A DNA stretch of 64,000 bases, from contig NC_043001.1 of NCBI RefSeq assembly GCF_006345805.1, positions 16,244,001 through 16,308,000 of the forward strand. The letters run 5' to 3'. Positions 50,501 to 58,603 of this stretch are shown here, piece after piece. The notes under the pieces are model-generated. The model had not been told where the DNA came from, ran no database searches, and saw only the letters and a program-made list of their open reading frames with translations. Every line of letters begins with the position of its first letter. Positions within the stretch are counted from its first letter, which is position 1. Position numbers and translations under genes: made by a program. The DNA is from Octopus sinensis (lineage: Eukaryota).

Positions 50501-53500
50501 ATACGGAACCAGCATATACTGTCAGGCTCTGCTGCTGATATTGGGGGTTGCGTTCTATGCCTTGACCCAAGCATAGGGTGGGGCTCACCTTTTTGAGCTG
50601 GGAAATGAATGGAATACCTAGTGTGTGTCTTGTTGTGGCTACCTCCTCCTATGGGGAATTTAGGTCTTGGTCAATAGAACAGATATGCCTGGCAAACTGG
50701 GTAACCAGCCCTAAGGCATCGTAGGACTCAAGACAGTACTTATGTGCCCCTCAGTTGAAAGGTCTTATCTTGTGAATTACTTGGTGATCTCATGAGTTAC
50801 TTGGTGGTTAATGTTAGAAAGGGCATATGACCAGAGAAACCACGTCATAGAGACAGTGGAGCTCCCTGATTTACTAGCGCCTGTCAAATCATCCAATCCA
50901 TGCCAGCATGGAAAATGGATGTTAAATAGTAACGATGATAATAACTATAGAATCTAAGTTATGTGGTGTGATTTTGAGCAAGATTTGGCTGCTATTTCTA
51001 TTGTCTGATTAACATGTCAACACATCATCATCATCATCATCATCGTTTAACGTCTGCTTTCCATGCTGGCATGGGTTGGACGATTTTGACTGAGGACTGG
51101 CGAACCAGATGGCTGCACCAGGCTTCAATCTTGATCTGGCAGAGTTTCTACAGCTGGATGCCCTTCCTAACACCAACCACTCTGAGAGTGTAGTGGGTGC
51201 TTTTATGTGCCACTGGCATGGGGGCCAGTCAGGCGGTACTGGCAACGACCTCGCTCAAATCTTTTTACACATGCCACCGGGCAACATGTTCAGACTTACT
51301 TTACAAGTTTCATACATTTTAAACATTCCCCATGATGGACAGAACAATAAAACAAGGACAGACCTCTCGTAGGTTTTCCAGGTGTTGCACCTCATTACTG
51401 AAGGAACCAAATTCATTCTCTAGTTGGAAAGCTATGATGGGTCCGCCATAGAAATACTGCAACATAAGACAGAGTTTTAAGTCAATGGAACATAGAAATG
51501 GTGAGTGGTAGTGATGGCAATAGTATCATATATATATACTAGCAGTATCGCCCGGCGTTGCTCGGGTTTGTAAGGAAATAACTATATAAGCATTTTTAGA
51601 GAGTTATAGCCAAAAAATAGCAAAAAAATGCATTAAAAACAGAAAAAAAATGATGGTAAATTTTTTTTTAAATCGTTGACTCATCGTAGACATTTTTAGA
51701 GAGTTACTTCCCTTATATAATAGCGAAAAAATGCATTAAAATGGAAAAAAAATGATGGTAAATTTTTTTTTAAATCGTAGACTCATCGTAGACGCGCGCT
51801 AATACCCAGAAGGGCTCGATATGAATCACGACTATAAGATACCCGGTTTTGGTTACACTGCACCGCAAAATGTGGGAGTAGTTAAGAATCTAAATCGTAG
51901 GAGACAGACACACAACCTTACTTTTATATATAAAGATATATACATATATATAATCAAAATAAGCAACAAGGATATCCAAGGTAGTGTAGTACAATCGTTT
52001 CATGCTACTTCATTTTATTAAACAATGTAAGTATTACATCAGTTTTAAAAATGTAAAGCAATCTTCAGCCACATATAGAATTTTTTAATTAAATGGACAC
52101 CCCATTTGATTTATATGGATAATACCATACCAAATTCTAGTGCCTTTAACTTATGTACCATATTCATCTAAATTTTGCTGAACTCACATATATATATATA
52201 TATATATGAAAATACAAAATGGGACAACAAAACATCCAGATAGACGATACAAAGAAAACAAGGACAGGTCATTCAAATCTTTATTACCTTGATATTATTA
52301 AGTACATATATATATATTTTTGAGTAGAAAAATGAAATATCTTTTTATGGATAATTCGTTTAACCGATACCTGGGTAGCAAATTCACATCAGAAATAACA
52401 CGGTTGAAGTTACGTGCCTAGGGCAGAAACTACGTGTTTTTGTGTGGAAATTTGTGTGTATTTTTATAAAATTTATGAATAAATGAAAGAATGGAGTTGA
52501 ACGACAAATTAACAAATTTCCTTTATTTTCAACATATGTTTCGAAGGCTGCATATTCCTAATTGTGAAGGAATAAGGAGTACAGTATGCCACTTTCTCAT
52601 CAGGAAAAACAAGGAATTTATGTCAACATCAAGATTCACAAAAACTTTTAGATGAATCTTGATGTTGACATAAATTCCTTGTTTTTCCTGATGAGAAAGC
52701 GGCATAATGTACTCCTTATTCCTTCACAATTAGGAATATGCAGCCTTCGAAACATGTCAAAAATAAAGGAAATTTGTTAATTTGTCGTTCAACTCCATTC
52801 TTTCATTTATTCATAAATTTTATAAAAATATATATATATATATATAATTAATAATATCAGTGGGTAATAAAGATTTTAGAAATTTTTACTACCAGTGATC
52901 TAGCGTGTAGAAAGTCAGAAACCATGGTGCAGGAGATAGATAGTAAATGTTTATATTTTTTATTCCCTTTGAAGTTTTATCCCTAATAGTGGTTTGGATT
53001 TGGGCTGTTCCTTCTAGTATGCCAGGAATCCTATAACGGATACCTCTTACATGTTTAAATGTACACTGTATTTATATATATCTATGTATACATATACACA
53101 CATACATATATCATCATTTAACATCCATTTTCCATGCTAGCATGGGTTGGACAGTTCGACCGGGGTCTGGGAAGCCAGGAGGCTGCACCAGGCTCCAGTC
53201 TGATCTGACAGTTTCTACAGCTGGATGCCCTTCCTAACGCCAACCACTCCGTGAGTGTAGTGGCTGCTTTTTACGTGCCGCCAGCACAGGGGCCAGAGGG
53301 GGCTGGAAAACAGTCACGATCGGTTGGTGCTTTTTACATTTCACTGGCACGGACGCCAGTCAAGGTGGCGCTGTGTGTGTGTGTGTGTGCATGTATATGT
53401 ATAAATGAACAACCTGCCATGCAATGGGACTGAACCCACAACCATGTTGTTGAGAAATAAGCTCCTTACCACACAGTCATGCCTACACCTACATATTTTA

Positions 53501-54818
53501 TTTTATTTTTTAAATTTTATTTTATCTAGTTCCAGCTCACGAGCTGTGGCCATCTCTAAAATGGCCACAGCAAAAATGCAACACAATTGAAACAGATATG
53601 CGAATATCATTACCTGAAAATCAACAACTTGTGGCAGCAGATTAGCAAAATATCTCTCAACTGCAAACATGTAAGGTGCTGAATTAGAACGGAGAGATGC
53701 ATGGGTACGTAGGAGCCAGCTGGGGGAAAAAAAACCGAAGAAAAACATGAAAATTAATGACAGACTGGAATTATGAAAGAGAAATCTTTGACATCTAATT
53801 ACAAGAGATCTAATAGATCTAATAGGTGAGGTGGGGCATCTGAAATAGCTGAGTGTCATCATCATCATCATCATCATTGTTTAACGTCTGCTTTCCATGC
53901 TGGCATGGGTTGGATGGTTAGACATGGAGCTGGCCAGCTGAGAGCTGTCCAGACTCCAGTTGTCTGTTGGGGCATGGTTTCTACAGCTGAAAGCCCTTCC
54001 TAATGCTAACCACTTAACAGAAAATGCTCGGTGCTTTTCACATGCCACCAGCATGGATATGTTTATCTGCACCCTCACAGCCACACCTCCATCCCACAGC
54101 CATGCATGTACTTTGCAGCTCACAGCCACACCTATACCTCAGTCATGCATGTACCCCACATCCACATGTGTACCTCACAGCCACATGTGCACCTCACAGC
54201 TACATGTGTACCTCACAGCTACATGTGTACCTCACAGCTACATGTGTACCTCACAGCGACACATGTACTTCACAGCCATACTTGTACCTCATAGCCACAC
54301 ATGTACCTCAAACCCACTCATGTACCTCACAACTATACTTGTACTTTAATCATGCATGTACCTCAAAGCCATGCCTGTAAACAAAGAGACAAAAACATCG
54401 AAGGGTTGTATCGAAGGGTTGTTCAATCAAACACACAACTCTAAAGAAATGTAAGAGCAGTTGGTTACCTGGGGAGTCCTCCAAAATCCCATTCAGAGCA
54501 GATATAGGGTCCTGGTCTCAGAATGACATACAAATCTAAACTGTGAGCAAATATAAGGAATTTCCTACATAAAAAGATAAGAGAAGAGAGACATTATTTA
54601 ATAAAATGATTTGTATTTTTGTTGTGTTTGGGGAGAATCATTTTCTTTTTGTGCCTTAAAATTTCCACTTGTTTCTTATTTTTATTTACCTAAAATTTTC
54701 GTTGTGTCTTGCAACTTTTTCTCCTCTTCTTGTTTGTTGTTAACACATTTCAGCTGATATACCCTCCAGCCTTCATTAGGTGTCCTGGAGGAATTTCGAA
54801 CCTGGGTATTTTTCCGAG

Positions 54819-54850
<32 letters not shown>

Positions 54851-55341
54851 CATTATTATTATTATAATTATTATTATATTATTATTATTATTATAATTAT
54901 TATTATTATCATTATTATAATTATTATCATTATCATAATTATTATTATCATTATTATTATTATTATTCAGTTCACTGACTGGAATTGAACTTGGAATCTT
55001 GGAATGAGAACCCAGGTTCGAAATTCCCCCAGGACACCTGATGAAGGCTGGAGGGTATATCAGCTGAAACATTGTGTTAACAACAAACAAGATGAGGACA
55101 AATATCTGTCGAATGTAAATAATGTAAATAATGTAGATAAGTACACGATTTAAAGAAATAAGAACCAGGGTTGATTTGTTCACCTAAACCCTCCAACGTA
55201 GTACCTCAGCATAACCATAGTCCAATGACTGAAACAAGTAAAAGATTAAAGAATTATGAAAGCATCACTTACATTAAGTCTAACATTCCGTAAAACACAT
55301 AGTGGTTTGGAGAAGGTTCGTGCAGATTCCAAGGGACATAG
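227..55341 (-). CDS. GLB1L2-like: GH35 beta-galactosidase-1-like gene (partial; 15 internal exons, 5' and 3' exons outside window)
   Basis: Spliced minus-strand translation gives ordered GH35 motifs [99 protein letters not shown]. All introns are GT-AG with compatible phases. Exact orthology (GLB1L2 vs GLB1L3) is not resolved. Confidence 0.95.
385..1085 (-). mobile_element. L1/Tx1-like LINE 3' fragment (zf-RVT region), subfamily abutting (AAT)n
   Basis: Degraded [12 protein letters not shown] and [21 protein letters not shown], homologous to the 18.4 and 57.5 kb copies; AATAAA then (TTA)n at the 3' end. Confidence 0.75.
1825..2003. repeat. Near-perfect loopless palindrome, arms about 90 bp
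   Basis: Arms are reverse complements with one mismatch and a few small indels; centre aatttt|aaaatt at 1911/1912. Confidence 0.9.
2551..3631 (+). pseudogene. Degraded hAT-family transposase, interrupted by a (GAT)n-tailed repeat at about 3099-3327
   Basis: In-frame remnants [18 protein letters not shown] (CxxH), [10 protein letters not shown] (TRW) and C-terminal [13 protein letters not shown] (dimerisation-domain-like); multiple stops. Confidence 0.75.
5121..5500. mobile_element. Tc1/mariner-type MITE (380 bp)
   Basis: TIR cacttgcgtcagaaattaattagcac / gtgctaattaatttctgacggtagtg, TA on both sides. Confidence 0.85.
5672..6061 (-). mobile_element. tRNA-derived composite SINE family A (ggagtggctgtgtggtaag head; ...gactgaaacaagtaaaagag tail)
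   Basis: A/B-box head plus second domain. Other copies at about 2176-2500(+), 4612-4875, 7657-8039(+), 12065-12475(+), 22117-22582(-), 42181-42590(-), 45268-45643(+), 47845-47997(-), 59420-59818(+), 59855-60236(-), 61489-61858(+), 63636-64000(-). Confidence 0.85.
6406..6975 (-). mobile_element. (GAT)n-tailed RTE-type 3'-end repeat, family B
   Basis: Tail ...acgttaaacgatgatgatg; carries 1-3 copies of the gtgccggtggcac unit. Other copies at about 1319-1590, 3099-3327, 8305-8556(+), 9022-9645(+), 10985-11220, 46645-46830, 48231-48487, 51023-51285, 53109-53370, 53857-54060, 56916-57175. Confidence 0.8.
7262..7655 (+). mobile_element. piggyBac-like (TTAA-flanked) MITE dimer
   Basis: Ends ttaa|ccctttc..gaaaggg|ttaa; the same family occurs at 21469-21803, 21824-22043 and about 11768-11928. 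Confidence 0.75.
8065..8152 (-). CDS. GLB1L2-like: GLB1-like exon: (G)[28 protein letters not shown](K)
   Basis: ctttgtttcag acceptor, GTAAAT donor, 88 bp, phase 1/2. Confidence 0.92.
8563..8862 (+). mobile_element. RTE-clade LINE C-terminal fragment
   Basis: [33 protein letters not shown] motif. Confidence 0.8.
10680..10970 (-). mobile_element. tRNA-derived SINE family C (tggcccagtggttagggcagcggactc head)
   Basis: A/B boxes; same family at about 41113-41195 and 48761-49350. Confidence 0.75.
11365..11461 (-). CDS. GLB1L2-like: GLB1-like exon: [32 protein letters not shown](G)
   Basis: ctctgttgtag acceptor, GTATTT donor, 97 bp, phase 0/1; LVEN.GRVNY motif. Confidence 0.94.
12486..12557 (-). 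CDS. GLB1L2-like: GLB1-like exon: [24 protein letters not shown]
   Basis: atatttttag acceptor, GTAAGT donor, 72 bp, phase 0/0; fills the expected gap between DRAH and LGILVEN. Confidence 0.85.
12860..12905 (+). ncRNA. Type-I minimal hammerhead ribozyme motif (CpG-decayed)
   Basis: GACAC-CUGAUGA-A-GGCUG/CAGCU-GAAA-U-GUU-GUGUU; stem I GACAC/GUGUU. Confidence 0.6.
12985..13771. mobile_element. Tigger/pogo-like MITE with a nested Helitron-like segment (about 13150-13631)
   Basis: TIR caggtcatcgttgacttatgacc / ggtcgtaggtcaacgacgacctg with TA TSDs. The inner segment ends in TCTCTATATATAAACGGCA (minus strand) and recurs at about 21495-21680. Confidence 0.75.
13830..13976 (-). CDS. GLB1L2-like: GLB1-like exon: [49 protein letters not shown]
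   Basis: gtaatttccag acceptor, GTGAGT donor, 147 bp, phase 0/0; GQSYGYILY motif. Confidence 0.95.
14250..14332 (-). ncRNA. Hammerhead ribozyme motif with long stem II (C3U core variant)
   Basis: CUUUC-UUGAUGA-GAAGACGGCAUA...UAUGCAGUCUUC-GAAA-C-AUGU-GUU-GAGAG. Confidence 0.6.
14461..14931. mobile_element. Foldback-type element with internal (CCCTAA)-like tract
   Basis: Left arm 14461-14693, telomere-like tract about 14709-14835, start of right arm 14913-14931; a complete right arm is at 26302-26534. Confidence 0.7.
15932..16317 (-). mobile_element. Non-autonomous Helitron
   Basis: 5' TC(TTTATATATAAAAG), subterminal CCCGAGCAACGCCGGG hairpin, 3' CTAG, inserted between A and T. Confidence 0.85.
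16645..17600 (+). mobile_element. RTE-clade LINE 3' remnant with three C-terminal C2H2-like fingers
   Basis: [29 protein letters not shown]; fingers CSVS..C....GLKSH, CQAC...C....GLKRH...H, CQFC...C....GLKSH; frameshifted. Confidence 0.85.
17890..18453. repeat. Complex (GATA/GACA/GATG)n microsatellite with about 115-bp higher-order unit
   Basis: Direct reading; the unit resumes at 19576-19706. Confidence 0.9.
18454..19575 (-). mobile_element. 5'-truncated L1/Tx1-like LINE in a GATA array
   Basis: ORF 18833-19450 with zf-[18 protein letters not shown]; AATAAA at the 3' end; TSD GATAGAAAGATAGAT (18439-18453 / 19576-19590). Confidence 0.85.
20536..21178 (+). mobile_element. CR1-clade LINE 3' end
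   Basis: [48 protein letters not shown]; (ATT)n tail. Same family at 40560-41115(-) and about 49705-50030(-). Confidence 0.85.
23397..24663 (+). mobile_element. Mariner (DD34D) transposon, decayed full-length copy
   Basis: TIRs cgaggggcgttcaataagtaatgccc, TA TSDs; transposase broken by several stops and frameshifts. Confidence 0.92.
25175..25242 (-). CDS. GLB1L2-like: GLB1-like exon: (G)[22 protein letters not shown]
   Basis: gtatgtttcag acceptor, GTAAGT donor, 68 bp, phase 1/0. Confidence 0.87.
25452..26085 (+). mobile_element. tRNA-derived SINE family D, head-to-tail multimer of about 180-bp bodies
   Basis: aaggcagcgagctggcag head, repeated ttctgagttcaaatt...aaagaaatagg units; also about 10230-10657(-), 44638-44875(+), 55411-55830(-), 56703-56900(-). 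Confidence 0.8.
26558..26608 (-). CDS. GLB1L2-like: GLB1-like exon: (G)[16 protein letters not shown](G)
   Basis: ttgcatttcag acceptor, GTAAGT donor, 51 bp, phase 1/1; matches the P.K..YG linker. Confidence 0.85.
26718..27048. repeat. (AAT)n microsatellite with GAT/ATT interruptions
   Basis: Direct reading. Confidence 0.95.
27049..28165 (+). mobile_element. Two tandem copies of an approximately 550-bp (AAT)n-tailed retroposon
   Basis: Both start gatgcagtacca and end ctctcactc/aactc-aataataat; copies at about 27049-27600 and 27636-28165. Confidence 0.75.
28255..40006. repeat. 66-bp tandem satellite array, about 178 copies (about 11.8 kb), in the intron between exons 40322-40414 and 26558-26608
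   Basis: Consensus atgcttgaatggtgctttttaYgtgccRVcagcacaggggccagtcaggtggcactggcattgacc; 22-aa periodicity in the ORF track on both strands. Confidence 0.97.
40020..40087 (-). promoter_or_regulatory. tRNA-like Pol III SINE head (A and B boxes) fused to the satellite
   Basis: A box TGGCTTAGTGG (40078-40068), B box GGTTCAATCC (40033-40024); a related head is at about 10080-10147. Confidence 0.7.
40322..40414 (-). CDS. GLB1L2-like: GLB1-like exon: (D)[30 protein letters not shown]
   Basis: ccattgcag acceptor, GTAAGT donor, 93 bp, phase 1/1. Confidence 0.94.
41574..42840 (-). mobile_element. Tc1/pogo-type MITE (TIR ccgtaaatcctcgagtata) interrupted by a SINE and other sequence
   Basis: TIRs with TA flanks; intact copy at 43980-44626, partial copy ending at 15575. 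Confidence 0.75.
43072..43469 (+). mobile_element. Non-autonomous Helitron
   Basis: TC start, CCCGAGCATCGCCGGG hairpin, CTAG|T end. Confidence 0.85.
43600..43945 (-). mobile_element. RTE-clade LINE 3' fragment
   Basis: [38 protein letters not shown]. Confidence 0.85.
43980..44626 (+). mobile_element. Tc1/pogo-type MITE, intact (about 650 bp)
   Basis: TIR pair with TA TSDs. Confidence 0.8.
45789..45929 (-). CDS. GLB1L2-like: GLB1-like exon: [46 protein letters not shown]
   Basis: ttactttgtag acceptor, GTAAGT donor, 141 bp, phase 1/1. Confidence 0.96.
46996..47154 (-). CDS. GLB1L2-like: GLB1-like exon with nucleophile Glu: (V)[52 protein letters not shown]
   Basis: ttcttgaacag acceptor, GTTAGT donor, 159 bp, phase 1/1. 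Confidence 0.96.
47685..47840. repeat. (TGCA)n/(TACA)n tetranucleotide microsatellite
   Basis: Direct reading. Confidence 0.9.
48125..48206 (-). CDS. GLB1L2-like: GLB1-like exon: [27 protein letters not shown]
   Basis: atcttttcag acceptor, GTAAGT donor, 82 bp, phase 0/1; ELLL.SD motif. Confidence 0.92.
48972..49089 (-). pseudogene. 5S rRNA: Full-length 5S rRNA copy (retroposed; head of a chimeric insert)
   Basis: GCTTACGGCCATATCACGTTGAAAGCACCGGTTCTCGTCTGATCACCGAAGTTAAGCAAC...AGTACTTAGATGGGTGACCGCTTGGGAAACCTTGGTGCTGTAAAC, 118 nt; no oligo-T terminator. Confidence 0.9.
51364..51456 (-). CDS. GLB1L2-like: GLB1-like exon with acid/base Glu: [31 protein letters not shown]
   Basis: tatgttgcag acceptor, GTCTGT donor, 93 bp, phase 0/0; ENE catalytic motif. 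Confidence 0.95.
51539..51936 (-). mobile_element. Non-autonomous Helitron
   Basis: Same termini as 15932-16317. Confidence 0.85.
52526..52608 (-). ncRNA. Type-I hammerhead ribozyme motif, intact core, sense to the host pre-mRNA
   Basis: UUUUC-CUGAUGA-GAAAGUGGCAUA...UAUGCAGCCUUC-GAAA-C-AUAU-GUU-GAAAA. Confidence 0.7.
52683..52763 (+). ncRNA. Hammerhead motif in the opposite arm (GUC triplet, weakened stem I)
   Basis: CUGAUGA at 52688-52694, GAAA at 52749-52752, ACAUGU palindromic stem III. Confidence 0.55.
53614..53719 (-). CDS. GLB1L2-like: GLB1-like exon: [35 protein letters not shown]
   Basis: ttttttccccag acceptor, GTAATG donor, 106 bp, phase 2/0. Confidence 0.93.
54070..54375. repeat. 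Minisatellite, unit about 19 bp (cctcacagctacatgtgta)
   Basis: Several exact central copies with degenerate flanking copies. Confidence 0.85.
54469..54564 (-). CDS. GLB1L2-like: GLB1-like exon: [31 protein letters not shown](S)
   Basis: tttttatgtag acceptor, GTAACC donor, 96 bp, phase 2/2; RPGPYIC motif. Confidence 0.95.
55033..55078 (+). ncRNA. Type-I minimal hammerhead motif; inverted degenerate partner at about 54741-54784
   Basis: GACAC-CUGAUGA-A-GGCUG/CAGCU-GAAA-C-AUU-GUGUU. Confidence 0.55.
55273..55341 (-). CDS. GLB1L2-like: GLB1-like exon: (T)[22 protein letters not shown](M)
   Basis: ttggtttcag acceptor, GTAAGT donor, 69 bp, phase 2/2. Confidence 0.93.
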
Positions 55342-56208
55342 CTGAAACCAAAATTAGGAAAAAAACATTTAGTTTATAAATTGTGGGTAACATCAAAATT
55401 GTAGAAAATATATGTTTCTTTATTACCCACAAGGGGCTAAACATACAGGGGACAAACAAGGACAGACAAACGGATTAAGACAATTACATCGACCCCAGTA
55501 CTTTAACTGGTACTTAATTTATCGACCCCGAAAGGATGAAAGGCAAAGTCGACCTCGGCGGAATTTGAACTCAGAACATAACGGCAGACGAAATACCTAT
55601 TTCTTTACTACCCACAAGGGGCTAAACACAGAGAGGACAAACAAGGACAGACAAATGGATTAAGACAATTACATCGACCCCAGTACTTAACTGGTACTTA
55701 ATTTATCGACCCTGAAAGGATGAAAGGCAAAGTCGACCTCAGCGGGATTTGAACTCAGAATGTAACGGCTGACGAAATACGGCTACGCATTTCGCCTGGC
55801 TTTCTAACGGTTCTGCCAGCTCGCCGCCGTAGAATTGCAGAAAATATAGATGCCATACTTATCTCTAATCCTCTCATGCCTATGAGATGCATCAGCTTTT
55901 GAACTTTCACCAAACATGATAATCTTGTGCCATTTCTCTTAAGTCATCCCAACATTCTTCAGCCCCCTTCTTCCCCCCAGGTTCCTAGTGATTGTCCTCT
56001 TTCTTCTCTTCTGTTAATAATAGCAATTCTATCTGATTTTGGCATAAGGCCAGCAATTCTAACGTGAGGGGATAAATTGATTGCATTGACCACAATGTTC
56101 TTTTGGTGCTTATTTCATCAACCATGAAAGGATGAAATGCAAAGCTGACCTCAGCAGAACTTGAAATCAGAATGACACAAAGCATTTTCAATTCATTTTT
56201 AGATTCAA

Positions 56209-56608
56209 CTAGCAGTAGCCCGGCGTTGCTCGGGTTTGTAAGGGAAATAACTGTATAAGCATTTTTAGAGAGTTATAGCTAAAATATAGCAAAAAAATGC
56301 ATTAAAAATGGAAAAAAAATAATGGTAAATTTTTTTTTAAATCGTTGACTCATCATAGACATTTTTAGAGAGTTACTTCCCTTATTTAATAGCGAAAAAA
56401 TGCATTAAAATGGAAAAAAATGATGGCAAATTTTTTTTTTAAATCGTAGACTCATCGTAGACACGCGCTAATACCCAGAAGGGCTTGATATGAATCACGA
56501 CTATAAGATACCCGCTTTTGGTTAAACTGCACCGCAAAATGTGGGAGTAGTTAGGAATCTAAATCGTAGGAGACAGACAGCACACAACCTCACTTTTATA
56601 TATAAAGA
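56209..56608 (-). mobile_element. Non-autonomous Helitron
   Basis: Same termini as 15932-16317. Confidence 0.85.
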
Positions 56609-57436
56609 TATCAATTTTCAATTCAATTCATTATATAAGTATTTAACTAATCTGATAGTACTCATAAACATAGCCCCCTGATGTATCAGGCTATGAATCA
56701 CATATTATCTATTTCTTTACTACCCACAAGGGGCTACACACAGACAGGACAAACAAGGATAGACAAACGGATTAAGTCAATTATATCGACCCCAGTGCGT
56801 AACTGGTATTATTTAATCAACCCTGAAAGGATAAAAGGCAAAGTCGACCTTGGCGGAATTTGAACTCAGAACGTAGTGGCAGACGAAATACTGCTAAGCA
56901 ATTATACATTACATATTATCATCATCATCGTTTAACGTCCACTTTCCATGCTACCATGGGTTGGACGATTTGACTGAGGTCTGGCGAACAAGACTCCAAT
57001 CTGATCTGGCAGAGTTTCTACTGCTGGATGCCCTTCCTAATGCCAACCACTCCGAGAGTGTAGTGGGTGATTTTACGTTCCACCGGCACGGGAGCCAGTT
57101 TGGTGGTACTGGTAATGGCCATGCTCGAATGTTTTTTTCATGTGCCACCAGCACAAGTGCTAGGATGGCGATCACACTCGATAGAATAAGTACTGGGCTT
57201 ACAAAAAATAAGTCCCGGGGTCTATTTGCTCGACTAAAGGCGGTGCTCCAGCATGGCCGCAGTCAAATGACTGAAACAAGTAAAAGAGTAAAGAGAAAAG
57301 AGAGAGATAGATGGATGGATAGCTAGATAGATATACAGATAGATAGATAGACAGATAGGCAGATAGATAGATAGACAGATAGATAGATAGATAGATAGAC
57401 AGATAGATAGATAGATAGACAGATAGATAGATAGAC

Positions 57437-57491
<55 letters not shown>

Positions 57492-57492
57492 C

Positions 57493-57524
<32 letters not shown>

Positions 57525-57525
<1 letters not shown>

Positions 57526-58506
57526 TGTTTCTTTATTAGCCACACAGGGCTGCACACAGATAGAACAAATTACAAGGTAGAGCTTTTCTTTTGGGGGTAA
57601 AAAAAAGGGAGTGGTGGTTTTCGATCAAAAGGGATCGTAAAAGGAAAGAAAGAGGACTAAAAAAAAGGGAGGGGTTAATAAAAAAAAAAAAAAAAAGGTG
57701 GGGGGAGAGCAAAAAAATTGATCAATAGGGATCGTTATCACAGAAATGTCAATATGAAGTGTAAAGGGGAGAACAGGTGAGGTTTACCCGTGGAAAGAAA
57801 AGCCTACGGAAAAGACCACGGTAACCTCGGTCAATGAAGTCACATGTTATATTTCTTTTTTTTTTTTGCAAATAAGCAACTCTCTGTATTAATTTTTACG
57901 GTTCATAGAATCATAGTCAAGGTGGCTTCGTCATTCATACGTGCCATCCTTGCTACATTCACCCATCTTTTTTTAAAACATTCACTAGACAAAACTTGCC
58001 TCTCTACTCTCACTTTCCTCTTCAAGTGATACTTGAAGAAGTTGATGAGAGATTGACCAGAGAGGAAAGTGTTTGTCTCTAATCCTTTCAGGCGCGTCCA
58101 CCAGATACATTCTTTCGCCATAGCCACAAGTATGATAAAAATAGCTCTTCCTTCCCGTTTGAAGGAAGGAGGCGTGACGATATTAACGATAGACTCGGCT
58201 GATAAACCGACACGTCCCACACGTGACAGCAGTCGTTCGACATAAGCCCACAGGTCGGAAATTGCTGGACACTGCACGATTGCGTGCAGAGCGGTTTCGT
58301 CGCTCTGCCCGCATCTCAGGCAGGTCGGCCCCGTGTTTCTCGAGCCATGCCTATAGAGCTTATCCCGAACGGGTAGCGCTTCTCGATAGCACCGCCAGGC
58401 CAGGGATCTCTGGAAGTTGTCCATAGGTCCCGGGCTGAAAGTCGTTTGAAACAGGCGGGTCAGGTATTCCTCGTCGACGCCCAGGGAAATACCTGACCCG
58501 CCTGTT
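57525..58506 (-). mobile_element. 5'-truncated L1/Tx1-like LINE in a GATA array
   Basis: ORF 57903-58424 is nearly identical to 18833-19450; (GATA)n on both sides (about 57305-57524 and 58508-58680). Confidence 0.85.
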
Positions 58507-58521
58507 TATAGATAGATAGAC

Positions 58522-58603
<82 letters not shown>

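Larger units (their letters stand above)
52459..52830. repeat. Palindrome with about 180-bp arms and 14-nt loop; each arm carries a hammerhead motif
   Basis: Arms 52459-52638 and 52653-52830 are near-identical reverse complements. Confidence 0.93.
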
